From positions 1 to 64,000 of the IMG/VR virus record IMGVR_UViG_3300017774_007075: DNA of 64,000 bases; one strand, 5' to 3'. Source of the stretch: an uncultured virus (IMG/VR IMGVR_UViG_3300017774_007075) (taxonomy: Duplodnaviria > Heunggongvirae > Uroviricota > Caudoviricetes). The position numbers and the translations under genes were made by a program. The notes under the pieces are model-generated. The model was given only the letters and a program-made list of their open reading frames with translations, was not told where the DNA came from and made no database searches. Positions 38,471-47,656 of this stretch are shown here, in pieces (position 1 is the first letter of the stretch; each line of letters starts with the position of its first letter).

Positions 38471-39296
38471 TAATTTTTAAAGCCTTGTCGTGAATTTTTT
38501 TAATTTGCTTTTCTTTTATATTGAGTAAATTACCAATCTGTTTGAAATTTAATTCAGGTTTTTCATCAAATCCATAAGTGTAACAGATAACCAATTTTTC
38601 AATTATATTCAATTTCTTAAAATTAATATTATTTAAATCAGATAAAGAATATATGAAATTTTCATCCATGATTGTTGATAATAATAAATCCTCATAATTT
38701 AAACCTTCGTCTGAATTTAAAGAAGTATTAATTGAAACAATATTATTATCATCAATAGCATTGATTGATTTTGCCAATATTTCACTTGCAGTATTTTCTC
38801 CAATATCTTCTCTTATATCATCAATAGTTGGTTCAAAACCATATTGATTATAAAATTTGTTTCTTGCTTTGAGAAATTTTTGATTTACAGTATGTGATTT
38901 GATTGGTTGTTTAATCATTTTAGATTCTTTACCAATACCTTCTAAAATAGACTGTTTAATCCACCATACAGCGTATGTACTGAATTGAAATCCTTTATAT
39001 GGGTCAAAGTCTTCAACCGCCCTTATTAGTCCAATAGTGCCTGTATTAATTATATCGTTAAGTTCGTAAAAATAACCATTATGATAATATTTGGATACAT
39101 TGAGAACAAATCTTAAATTATTATTTATTAACAATTTTTTTATTTCTGGACACTTTGTTTTTTGATATTTAAAAAACAAAACCATTTCATCTTTTTTAGA
39201 AATTAGTTTTATATTCCTGATTTCCTGATAATAAAGCTTTAATGATTCTGATGTATCTTTTGTTATTTTGACTGATTTTGAATTGATGCTTTTCAT
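38454..39296 (-). CDS. RpoD/RpoH-like sigma-70 factor
   Basis: SLKLYYQEI (region 1.2); NNLRFVLNVSK...GLIRAVEDFDPYKGFQFSTYAVWWIKQSI (region 2). Confidence 0.9.
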   Translation of the reverse strand: MKSINSKSVKITKDTSESLKLYYQEIRNIKLISKKDEMVLFFKYQKTKCPEIKKLLINNNLRFVLNVSKYYHNGYFYELNDIINTGTIGLIRAVEDFDPYKGFQFSTYAVWWIKQSILEGIGKESKMIKQPIKSHTVNQKFLKARNKFYNQYGFEPTIDDIREDIGENTASEILAKSINAIDDNNIVSINTSLNSDEGLNYEDLLLSTIMDENFIYSLSDLNNINFKKLNIIEKLVICYTYGFDEKPELNFKQIGNLLNIKEKQIKKIHDKALKIIGNDL

Positions 39297-39312
39297 GAAA
39301 AGGAGATAATAG

Positions 39313-39343
39313 CAAATCTAAGAAAAAAATAAATAAAAGCAAA
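39313..39343 (-). promoter_or_regulatory. Bacteroidetes primary-sigma promoter TTTG-N19-TAGATTTG
   Basis: Matches the -33 TTTG / -7 TAnnTTTG consensus, 16 nt before ATG 39296. Confidence 0.7.
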
Positions 39344-39350
39344 TAAAATT

Positions 39351-39650
39351 TTAGCTTTTTTTATTATATCTTTCATTTAAAATGATAATCAATTCTGACC
39401 ATCGTTTTTCTATTGACATAATATTTTTTTCAAGATGTTCGCCTCTTTTTTTGTAATCTTCTTTTTTAACATTTTTGAAAAAGAAGTCATCCTCAATTGG
39501 TTGATTTTCAATATCTTCCAATAAAGAATTCAATTCATTTTGGTTTTTATCAAACTCATCAACTAGGTAGTTAATTGTTTGAGTTATATTTTCGTTTTTC
39601 TCTTTTAAAAAGGAAGAGATAGGTCTTTCTAAGATTTCATTTAATTTCAT
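39351..39650 (-). CDS. Hypothetical protein
   Basis: 99 aa; MKLNEILE N-terminus; TATTTATA motif upstream (39655-39664). Confidence 0.55.
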   Translation of the reverse strand: MKLNEILERPISSFLKEKNENITQTINYLVDEFDKNQNELNSLLEDIENQPIEDDFFFKNVKKEDYKKRGEHLEKNIMSIEKRWSELIIILNERYNKKS

Positions 39651-39671
39651 AATATATAAATATAAAATAAT

Positions 39672-40070
39672 TTATTGAATAACACCACCACCGAATGAAT
39701 AATTTACTGTTTTTCCATATAATGGACCTATTGGTGTTGCAATAAGAACGTCAGTACCAGGAAAATCTGCTGTGTATACTTTACTGTATAATGTAATTTC
39801 ATCAACAATAGCTTTTATAATTTCTCTTATTATTTCATCATCATAATTTTTACTTCCATCAGGAAGTGTACCAACAAATAAACCAAGGTCTTTTTTCTTT
39901 TCTAAAACTTTAAACCATGCTCTATCAACCGATATGCCAGGTCTTATTCTAGAATTTGTAACAGTAAATGATGGTATTGAACCAAAATTAGGCAACTCTT
40001 TTATTGATAATATATTATCTAATGCAATGACTGCATTGTCCATTAATACTTTTGTATATTTTTCATTCAT
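39672..40070 (-). CDS. Hypothetical protein
   Basis: 132-aa ORF in the gp6 operon. Confidence 0.55.
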   Translation of the reverse strand: MNEKYTKVLMDNAVIALDNILSIKELPNFGSIPSFTVTNSRIRPGISVDRAWFKVLEKKKDLGLFVGTLPDGSKNYDDEIIREIIKAIVDEITLYSKVYTADFPGTDVLIATPIGPLYGKTVNYSFGGGVIQ

Positions 40071-40074
40071 AATT

Positions 40075-41346
40075 TTATATTTGTGCTATTGTTGGAATAC
40101 TACCAACACCTGTTAATGAAAGTAATACTTTTGTACGTCTTTCTAATTGTTCTCTTAATAATTTTATTGCAACTGAAACAACTACTCTTAAAATATTCTT
40201 TTTAACCCAATTAAAAATTACACAAAAGAACTCTTCATAAATCATATCAAAAATTTTTTCTAATAATGGTTTTAATTTTTGCATTATATCATTTATGTTA
40301 CTTTCAAAATTAAAATTTAAATTTTGTAATTTTTCAAAGGTATTAATTATAAATAATATAACAGGTTGTTTTAAAATTATACTTAATAATGCTTCACCTA
40401 ATGCGTTGATTAATTTCTTAAAGAAATCATTTTTTGCGTTTGTTAATGTTTCTTGAGTTGTTGAAACATTTAGTTCAGGTACTAAATCTGTAAATTTTTT
40501 TACGGTTGGTTGGGTAATTACATCATTTATTTGTTGTTGTGTAATTGTTATATTCTCCCTGTAACAACTTATATCAATATTATATCCTTCAATGGTAGAA
40601 TCATTTTCAATATCTAATAATTTTTTTAAATCTAACTTAAAAATATCATCACTTTCATAATTTGTATATGAACGAATTAGTGTCAAAACTTGTGCATCTT
40701 CTTTTTTAAAATTTGTATGAAATAAAATTTTTATAATTTCACTAACAACAATTGATGAATTAAACATTGGTCCTATCATACCTCTCATTCCCTCAAATAA
40801 TTCTAAAAGCTTTATATCAGGTAATCCTAGTCTTATTTCATTTGTAGCATCATTATAATTCATTGAAATATTATATGGAATACCAACTAATGAAAAAGTT
40901 ACATCTGAATTTGCTTTTGGTAATACTTGAGTTTTTATAAATTCAAAAAATGCATTTGTATTTTTTGTACCACCACTTAAATTACTATTTCTAAAACTAT
41001 CAGTAGGGTCAATACTTTTAACAGGAATTTTCATTCCATTTTGTTTTATGTCGGGTGGTAAAACACCTTTTTCGGCTAAACTATTACCAATTAAATCATA
41101 TAATTTATCACTTAAATCATTTAATTTATTCTGTGATAAAATTTTACTAAGAACTACTTGTGTTAAAACTTCTAATCCGTTTTCACCCACACTTGCTTTA
41201 ACAATATCAAATAAAAAATCAACAGGACTATTTGTAGTTGATAAAAGCGAATCAAAATTTTGACTATCAGTATCAACACTATTAGCTAAACTATAGTATA
41301 TTTTTATTTTACTAATTATTTCCGATTTACTTGATGCTATACTCAT
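40075..41346 (-). CDS. Hypothetical (probable structural) protein
   Basis: 423 aa; starts 1 nt after the gp6-like stop. Confidence 0.55.
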   Translation of the reverse strand: MSIASSKSEIISKIKIYYSLANSVDTDSQNFDSLLSTTNSPVDFLFDIVKASVGENGLEVLTQVVLSKILSQNKLNDLSDKLYDLIGNSLAEKGVLPPDIKQNGMKIPVKSIDPTDSFRNSNLSGGTKNTNAFFEFIKTQVLPKANSDVTFSLVGIPYNISMNYNDATNEIRLGLPDIKLLELFEGMRGMIGPMFNSSIVVSEIIKILFHTNFKKEDAQVLTLIRSYTNYESDDIFKLDLKKLLDIENDSTIEGYNIDISCYRENITITQQQINDVITQPTVKKFTDLVPELNVSTTQETLTNAKNDFFKKLINALGEALLSIILKQPVILFIINTFEKLQNLNFNFESNINDIMQKLKPLLEKIFDMIYEEFFCVIFNWVKKNILRVVVSVAIKLLREQLERRTKVLLSLTGVGSIPTIAQI

Positions 41347-41347
41347 A

Positions 41348-43165
41348 TTATCCTAATTTAGAAACTGTTATTTTTATATCCGTATTATATTTAATTTCAA
41401 AAATTCCATCATAAGAATTATAAAGTGTACCATCTGATAAATCAATTTCTTTGGTTGTATCATCTAAAAAATTTGTATTCATCTGATTTTTTGAGTAAGT
41501 ACCAGATACTTTATTAAAACATTTAATTGAATTAATGTTTATTACATTAGGTACATTATTGATTGCTTCAATCAATCTACCAACATAAATATTTTCACCA
41601 ATTTTAGATTTATATACAGAATGAAAATCTAAAACTTCTTTAATAACTCTAGCAATAATATCCAAATCATTTGTTGTTGTTTTTTCAACCAAAACATTAA
41701 TATTATATGCTATATTATAAATTTGACCATCTTCAACTTCAATATAATCATTAACCATTCTGTATGATGTCAAAAATTCAGCAATATTTCCCTTTAAAAG
41801 GTCAGTAGATGTATTATTTAATTTACCATCATTTCCTAAACCAATAATATTATAAATTATTTTATTATCTTTAAGTGATGTTGTAAATTTAAATGGAACA
41901 CCATATCTACCATCCATTTTAAATAAAATTGCATAATAATCTTCTAATGTAACTGCTCTATTTTGTGCAGAATAATTATAAGAAATCATATTTCTTATTT
42001 CATCAATATTAAGTGAATCTTTTCCACCTAAAGCAGGAATTGGATTATTACAAGTTATTGAATTTATTACTGCTTGATTAATTGTATTGTTTATTCCATT
42101 AACAACAACATTTTTATTTGTAATAATATTTACACTATTTGGACCAAGATTAGTATTAAATCCACCACCTGTTCTATATTTTATAAAAATAGTACTATTT
42201 GCAGGTATTTTTTCACCTAATGCATTATTATATAAATATGATTCAATTTTAGAAAAATTATCTAAATTTTCTAATGTATTATTGAATATATTTAAGTTAC
42301 CATCACCTCCACCAAATGTTAATCTACAATTTCCATCTTCATTAAATTCTTTGATAAATTTTTTCTTTATTTTTTTCCAATTACCCTTTCTAACACCATT
42401 TTGTGATATTAAAGGTGATGTTTCAACAAATTTTTCAGTTTCAGCTAAATAATCAACTTCAAAATATTGTAAATCTTGGTCATTAAAATCATCGCTCGTT
42501 GGTAATGTGGTAATATTACCACTTTTAACAATAATTGATGTTATATCAATTATATCATCTTCAGGAAGAATAAGTTGATAAAATGGTACAGATTCATCAA
42601 TGTTTATAAATCTTCTTGCAATCTTACTTGTACCATTATAAACTATTTCTCTCTTTGCAATTCTATATGCTGTAATTTCACTAAAATTATTTTGGATTGG
42701 AATAATAGTTCTATTATTAATCCCTTCGTTAGACACTTGTAATGTAAAATCTACATCATGTAATAATTCAAAAGAAACATTACCATTAGTAAATTGTGTT
42801 CCAGCTTTTACTATGGGTAAATAACTATCGTTATATGAGTCATTTTGAGCAGGAACTATAGCCTCAATATCAATTAATGTAATTGATGGTTTTTTATTTG
42901 GTAATTTAATACCTAAGTTTTTAGCAATGTTGAATAGAGATTTTTTTAATTGTGCATTCTCAAGTTGTGTTTCTTGAAAAGTACGGTCAAGGTTAAAATA
43001 TAACATTTCACTTGTACCTGCAAGAATATCAACAAAGACAGACCCAACTGAATTATCCTCTAAATTTAGAAAAACATCGGGATAATTGGTTTTAACATAA
43101 TTCTTTATCTCATCTTTTAATTCGTAAAAGTTTCTTTTGTTATAATTGAGAACAGTAGTTGCCAT
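41348..43165 (-). CDS. Baseplate wedge subunit (T4 gp6/gpJ-like)
   Basis: NFYELKDEIKNYVK...YP, LTFGGG, YRTGGG, ALGGKD, AQNRAVTLEDY. Confidence 0.9.
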   Translation of the reverse strand: MATTVLNYNKRNFYELKDEIKNYVKTNYPDVFLNLEDNSVGSVFVDILAGTSEMLYFNLDRTFQETQLENAQLKKSLFNIAKNLGIKLPNKKPSITLIDIEAIVPAQNDSYNDSYLPIVKAGTQFTNGNVSFELLHDVDFTLQVSNEGINNRTIIPIQNNFSEITAYRIAKREIVYNGTSKIARRFINIDESVPFYQLILPEDDIIDITSIIVKSGNITTLPTSDDFNDQDLQYFEVDYLAETEKFVETSPLISQNGVRKGNWKKIKKKFIKEFNEDGNCRLTFGGGDGNLNIFNNTLENLDNFSKIESYLYNNALGEKIPANSTIFIKYRTGGGFNTNLGPNSVNIITNKNVVVNGINNTINQAVINSITCNNPIPALGGKDSLNIDEIRNMISYNYSAQNRAVTLEDYYAILFKMDGRYGVPFKFTTSLKDNKIIYNIIGLGNDGKLNNTSTDLLKGNIAEFLTSYRMVNDYIEVEDGQIYNIAYNINVLVEKTTTNDLDIIARVIKEVLDFHSVYKSKIGENIYVGRLIEAINNVPNVININSIKCFNKVSGTYSKNQMNTNFLDDTTKEIDLSDGTLYNSYDGIFEIKYNTDIKITVSKLG

Positions 43166-43180
43166 TTAATAGTTATTTAC

Positions 43181-43209
43181 CTTAAATAGTAAATTTTTTA
43201 CTATTTATA
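43181..43209. promoter_or_regulatory. Back-to-back divergent late promoters
   Basis: TAAATAGTAAA-ttt-TTTACTATTTA inverted repeat between the starts at 43165 and 43219. Confidence 0.75.
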
Positions 43210-43218
43210 ATAAACTAT

Positions 43219-43641
43219 ATGCCAAGACTTAAACGCTCCAAATTATCATTAACACAAGAAAGTATTGAGAAACATATGAATGAGGTTTATAGCATTCTTG
43301 AGAACTATAAACAAATGGGTGTGAGGCATTATAATTTTGTGCTTCGTATTATTGAAGAGTTAGGCTCAGACAGCATTGAAGACCCTGTAAGGCTTCAATT
43401 AATGGCGCAGCTTGAGCAGTCAAGGAATAATTCTTTGAATGCGTTTAAAGAGTATTTAAAGATGAAAACAGACTTAATTACCAAACATCTTAATAGTGTT
43501 AAAATATTTGGTGATTTAGATATTAAAACTAATAAATCTAAAAATACTAGTGGTGATGATTCTTCTTTAAGTAAAGAAGACCAAGATGAGGTTCAGAAAA
43601 TGATTCAAGAACTTATGACCATGAAGCAAACTAAATTCTAA
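43219..43641 (+). CDS. Hypothetical helical protein (weak small-terminase candidate)
   Basis: 140 aa, helical-looking, late motif upstream; function is a guess. Confidence 0.4.
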   Translation: MPRLKRSKLSLTQESIEKHMNEVYSILENYKQMGVRHYNFVLRIIEELGSDSIEDPVRLQLMAQLEQSRNNSLNAFKEYLKMKTDLITKHLNSVKIFGDLDIKTNKSKNTSGDDSSLSKEDQDEVQKMIQELMTMKQTKF

Positions 43642-44210
43642 CTAAAAATTATAGAATTTAATTTTTCTGTATTTAATGTTGGATTTGGTGAATATGAAAA
43701 AATATCTATATGATTTAAAAAGATAATTGAATTATCTTCTTTATTCTTTATATTTATTTGTTTTAAATTCAAACCATGTTTATTTCCCAAATATAATATT
43801 AAATGACCAAGCGATTCGGTTTGGATTTTGGTGTATATTTCATAATAAGAAAATTCTTTACTTGATACAACTTCCTCAACATCTTTAACATCAATAATTT
43901 CATTGCACCAATTAAAAAATACATCATCTTCTTTTGAAAGTTTGCCTGAATTTTCAAGAGCAATAAAAATTGATGACTTGTTTATTTTTTCTATTGTTGT
44001 GAAATCAGAATAATATTTTTCATCAAATAATTTATGAATACTACCATCTCTTTTTACAATATAAGAAGGGGTGTAATCTTTCTTTTTTAATGATAAAATG
44101 TATTTATCAAAATTGCTTCTTAAAGAATCACAAATGATAATATATTTTTTCTCAGTCTCTGACTTTATAAAATTATCAATAGGATTGATTAGAATTTCTT
44201 TAAGCATCAA
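43638..44210 (-). CDS. N-acetylmuramoyl-L-alanine amidase-like protein, probably degenerate
   Basis: YIVKRDGSIHKLF, SIFIALENSG and YTKIQTESL resemble Amidase_2; IIICDS replaces IVIHHT. Confidence 0.55.
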   Translation of the reverse strand: MMLKEILINPIDNFIKSETEKKYIIICDSLRSNFDKYILSLKKKDYTPSYIVKRDGSIHKLFDEKYYSDFTTIEKINKSSIFIALENSGKLSKEDDVFFNWCNEIIDVKDVEEVVSSKEFSYYEIYTKIQTESLGHLILYLGNKHGLNLKQINIKNKEDNSIIFLNHIDIFSYSPNPTLNTEKLNSIIFS

Positions 44211-44919
44211 TGCACAATCTTTTCATTACCTTTCCTGTTAAAGCAACATCCATTTCACAATAGTCAACAATCTTTTTTAGATTCTTTTCTTTGTGGAATG
44301 TTGAACCAACCATTGACCCATCCATTGTATCTTTATGTGTTTCAAGACCTAAACAACTGGCAACGGCATCCAAAGAAACAAAATTTCTTGTATTCATTTG
44401 CCATAAAAGAAATATATCTTTAAATTTTGCTGATAATTCCCAAGGTTTCTTGTCAAAAATTCTAAAAATAGGTGGGATTTGTTTAATATTATTAATAAAT
44501 GCCCTTTTTATAATAAAAGGTACATCAAATGTATTAATATTATATCCAACAATGCAACTTGTTGGAGTTTTTGAAATCTTTTTGTTAATAAATGTAAAAA
44601 AGTTGTTAATAATTTCTGCTTCATTATATACGGATGAGAATGAAATGGTTACTACTTCATCTTCTTTGAATCCACCACAACTGATTACAACAATTTTACC
44701 ATATTCTGAATAAAGAGGTGCTTTCTCAAAATAAATTTTACTTAGAAGTTCATCAGTTAAGTCAGAACGATATTCATTATCAGCATACCATTTTGCTCTT
44801 TTTTGAAAACTTGCTGCTAATGCAGGTTTTAATTTTTTACATTCTTCAAATGACGAAAATTCGGGTACGGTTTCAATGTCAATGATAATACCGTTTTCAA
44901 TATCGTATCTTGTAATCAT
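44200..44919 (-). CDS. DEDDy 3'-5' exonuclease (PolB-exo-like)
   Basis: IDIETVP, GYNINTFDVPFI, YCEMDV. Confidence 0.85.
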   Translation of the reverse strand: MITRYDIENGIIIDIETVPEFSSFEECKKLKPALAASFQKRAKWYADNEYRSDLTDELLSKIYFEKAPLYSEYGKIVVISCGGFKEDEVVTISFSSVYNEAEIINNFFTFINKKISKTPTSCIVGYNINTFDVPFIIKRAFINNIKQIPPIFRIFDKKPWELSAKFKDIFLLWQMNTRNFVSLDAVASCLGLETHKDTMDGSMVGSTFHKEKNLKKIVDYCEMDVALTGKVMKRLCIDA

Positions 44920-44922
44920 AAA

Positions 44923-46512
44923 TTAATAAAGTACTTCGTTTGTAAAACTAAATCCTGAGTTTTCACATATTCCTAAAAGAAATCCTGGAAGTTGATTATT
45001 ACCTAGTCTATCCAAAATAAACTCATCTACTGAGCAGACAGATGGTAAAGAGATTTCCATATAATTTGTTCCTGCATTGAATGATATTTCACTTGAATGC
45101 CAATGACCATTAACAACTAAATGATATCCTGATGTACCAATACCATAAAGATTAACAAGTTCATGTCCTTTCTTCTTAATGATTTCAGCATCACCATGAT
45201 GTGCAATAATACACAAATCATTCATATCATGATTTTGATGTTTTTCAACATATACTTGTTTTCTTGGTATATTAAATTTGATAAAATCATCATTTTTAAA
45301 TTCTCTTTCAATCATATGATAAGCAATTAAAGAACCAGTTCTTTCTTGGTCATCATCTCTATCCTTACCAATTCTATCGTGATTACCACCAATGTATGTA
45401 ACAACAATTGGGAATTCATTTCCTAATTCTTTTCTTAATACATTTAAGAATTCAATTTGAGAATCAACACCAAAAATAAGTTGGTCAATACCTGTAATAT
45501 CCATTGATTTAAGGTGTTCTGCTCTCATTCCACCTGTCATGATTGATTCATACATATCACCACCAAAAAGAACATAAAGTTTATTAAGATTTTTAAATCT
45601 AATATAATCTACTGTCTTTTTAGCAATTTGTAACATTCTTTCATGTGCAATGTCTTTGCTATAACCTCTACCAAATACAGGATTACTGTATTTCTTACCA
45701 TAGTGAATATCAGAATACATTAGATAACAAATATCTGTATATTGACCAAAAATTTGAGGTTTTGACAATTCATTTGTTTCTTCTCTTGTATAATATTTTT
45801 CAATACTTTCCTCAATAAACTTTTGAATATTTTTTAAATCATGAATTTTTTCTTGACTTTCAAAATATTTCTTTTCAATAAATGAAGACCTTTTTTCAAC
45901 AATTTTATTAAGACTTGCTGATGCTTTATTTTTCAATGCAAATTCAGCAATTTCTTCCTCTGTATGTTCTTCAAGAATATGCAAAGGAAAGAGCATATCT
46001 TTTGTGATGTTAAAACATCTGATAACTCTTTTAAATTGTTGAAATGTTAAATAAGGAAAGTAAGAAGAAACATTCATCATTGTCACATGAGGATAATATT
46101 GATGAATAGTTTCAAGTTGTTCTCTTGTTAGTTTACCAACAAATGGTTTTTCTCCTTGAACATAGATTGTAAAAGAATAATCAATAATTTTGTTATCCTC
46201 ATCACGATTACCTATCCAAGTACTTCTATTATCGTATTTCTCTTCTTTATCTACATCCACTCTATGAACAATGCTAGGTATTGTTTTAATACCTTTTAAA
46301 GAGTTATATTTATTTCTTAATTCAACCAATTCAAAATATCTACTAGATTCTTTTATAGAATTACTTATAAATATTTTTTTAATAAAACCCTCATAAAAAC
46401 CTAAATCAAGTTCGGCTTTATTGATAGACACATTATTTTGAAAACAGTAATTGAAGATTTTAATTGCATTTTCAATTCTATTCTCAACTGAAATATAATT
46501 TTGTGTATTCAT
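44923..46512 (-). CDS. Calcineurin-like metallophosphoesterase with a long N-terminal extension
   Basis: SDIHYG, GGDMYE, GGNHDR, HHGD, GHWH. Confidence 0.85.
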   Translation of the reverse strand: MNTQNYISVENRIENAIKIFNYCFQNNVSINKAELDLGFYEGFIKKIFISNSIKESSRYFELVELRNKYNSLKGIKTIPSIVHRVDVDKEEKYDNRSTWIGNRDEDNKIIDYSFTIYVQGEKPFVGKLTREQLETIHQYYPHVTMMNVSSYFPYLTFQQFKRVIRCFNITKDMLFPLHILEEHTEEEIAEFALKNKASASLNKIVEKRSSFIEKKYFESQEKIHDLKNIQKFIEESIEKYYTREETNELSKPQIFGQYTDICYLMYSDIHYGKKYSNPVFGRGYSKDIAHERMLQIAKKTVDYIRFKNLNKLYVLFGGDMYESIMTGGMRAEHLKSMDITGIDQLIFGVDSQIEFLNVLRKELGNEFPIVVTYIGGNHDRIGKDRDDDQERTGSLIAYHMIEREFKNDDFIKFNIPRKQVYVEKHQNHDMNDLCIIAHHGDAEIIKKKGHELVNLYGIGTSGYHLVVNGHWHSSEISFNAGTNYMEISLPSVCSVDEFILDRLGNNQLPGFLLGICENSGFSFTNEVLY

Positions 46513-46516
46513 ACGA

Positions 46517-46524
46517 CAAATATA
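46517..46524 (-). promoter_or_regulatory. Bacteroidetes-type -7 element TATATTTG
   Basis: 4 nt before ATG 46512; no clear -33 element. Confidence 0.5.
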
Positions 46525-46526
46525 AA

Positions 46527-47039
46527 CTATTTTTTAATCTTTTTGATTTTTTCTCTAATTTTAACAGCTAATTCGTAATTCTCTATTTTAAGAGCATCAT
46601 CCAACTCCGATTGAAGTTCAATCTCCGTTTTTTTCCTTCTTTTTGTTTTTATTTTAAAAAGGTCAACAACATAAAGAGTTGTAAAATGTTCATCACCACC
46701 ATAGTGAACTGTTACAGGAATAAGCAAATCAATGTAATCTTTTTTAATATGTTTCTTTTTATCTTCTATTGATATCTGTTCCCAAGTATTGATAAAGTCA
46801 ATAAATTCAGTATCAACAAGAGTTCCTGTCAAATACATTACTCTATGTGATTGTTCAAGTATTGGGTCAAGTGTTTCAAAAAACTCTTCTGTATTTTCAT
46901 ACTCTTTACCATACTCTTCAAAAAACTCATCAACATCTTCTGGTAATATCATTTCACAAGAGAAATATGAAAACATATTAATCGTTGTTAACAAATCAAT
47001 ATATATTTTTGGTTTATCTTTTTTAATATTCTTTTTCAT
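46527..47039 (-). CDS. Hypothetical protein with C-terminal UvrB/UvrC (UVR) motif
   Basis: ELDDALKIENYELAVKIREKI; start at MKKNIKK preferred to reduce overlap. Confidence 0.6.
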   Translation of the reverse strand: MKKNIKKDKPKIYIDLLTTINMFSYFSCEMILPEDVDEFFEEYGKEYENTEEFFETLDPILEQSHRVMYLTGTLVDTEFIDFINTWEQISIEDKKKHIKKDYIDLLIPVTVHYGGDEHFTTLYVVDLFKIKTKRRKKTEIELQSELDDALKIENYELAVKIREKIKKIKK

Positions 47040-47643
47040 AGTATTTTTTAAATGATGATTTTGCAAGTGCAATAGAATCTGTGATATCAAAATTTTCAGT
47101 TTTTAACTTACCGTTTTTGTTAAATAACCAAGAGATGTTTTCATAGTCTTTTGCAATCTTTTCAAAAATATAAGTTTTGGGGTCTACTTTCCTAGATTTA
47201 AATTTTAATGTAAACTTGTTTTTCTTTTCATCATATTCTGTCATTTCAGGACAGAATATCCTTCTAACTTCATCTACACTCATAAATTTAGGAATAATAC
47301 CAAGAACATCTCTTAAAATGTAAGAACATATTCCATTAAATTTAAGGAGTTTATTTACGGTATATACGTTATTTGATTTCACAAGAGGTTCTTCAACAAA
47401 TATATCAATAATTTCGTAAATTTTTAATTCTTCAACAAATTTTTTAAATCCATCACCCTTGGTGATTTCAGGGTCATCTTGACAATCTTTGTTTGTTGTC
47501 ATTTTAAGTGCCTTTACAGAAGTAAGTTCAAAATTTTCATTAAAAATTGAAACACCAATGCAACTTGTTGAAATATCAAAAGACACAAATACTCTATCTT
47601 TGGGTATCATAATCCCCAAATCTTTAAAATCAATAATTTCCAT
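47023..47643 (-). CDS. RuvC-like Holliday junction resolvase
   Basis: FDISTSCIG, FVEEP, FDITDSIA (RNase H-fold acidic residues). Confidence 0.75.
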   Translation of the reverse strand: MEIIDFKDLGIMIPKDRVFVSFDISTSCIGVSIFNENFELTSVKALKMTTNKDCQDDPEITKGDGFKKFVEELKIYEIIDIFVEEPLVKSNNVYTVNKLLKFNGICSYILRDVLGIIPKFMSVDEVRRIFCPEMTEYDEKKNKFTLKFKSRKVDPKTYIFEKIAKDYENISWLFNKNGKLKTENFDITDSIALAKSSFKKYYEKEY

Positions 47644-47656
47644 AACTTAAAATACG

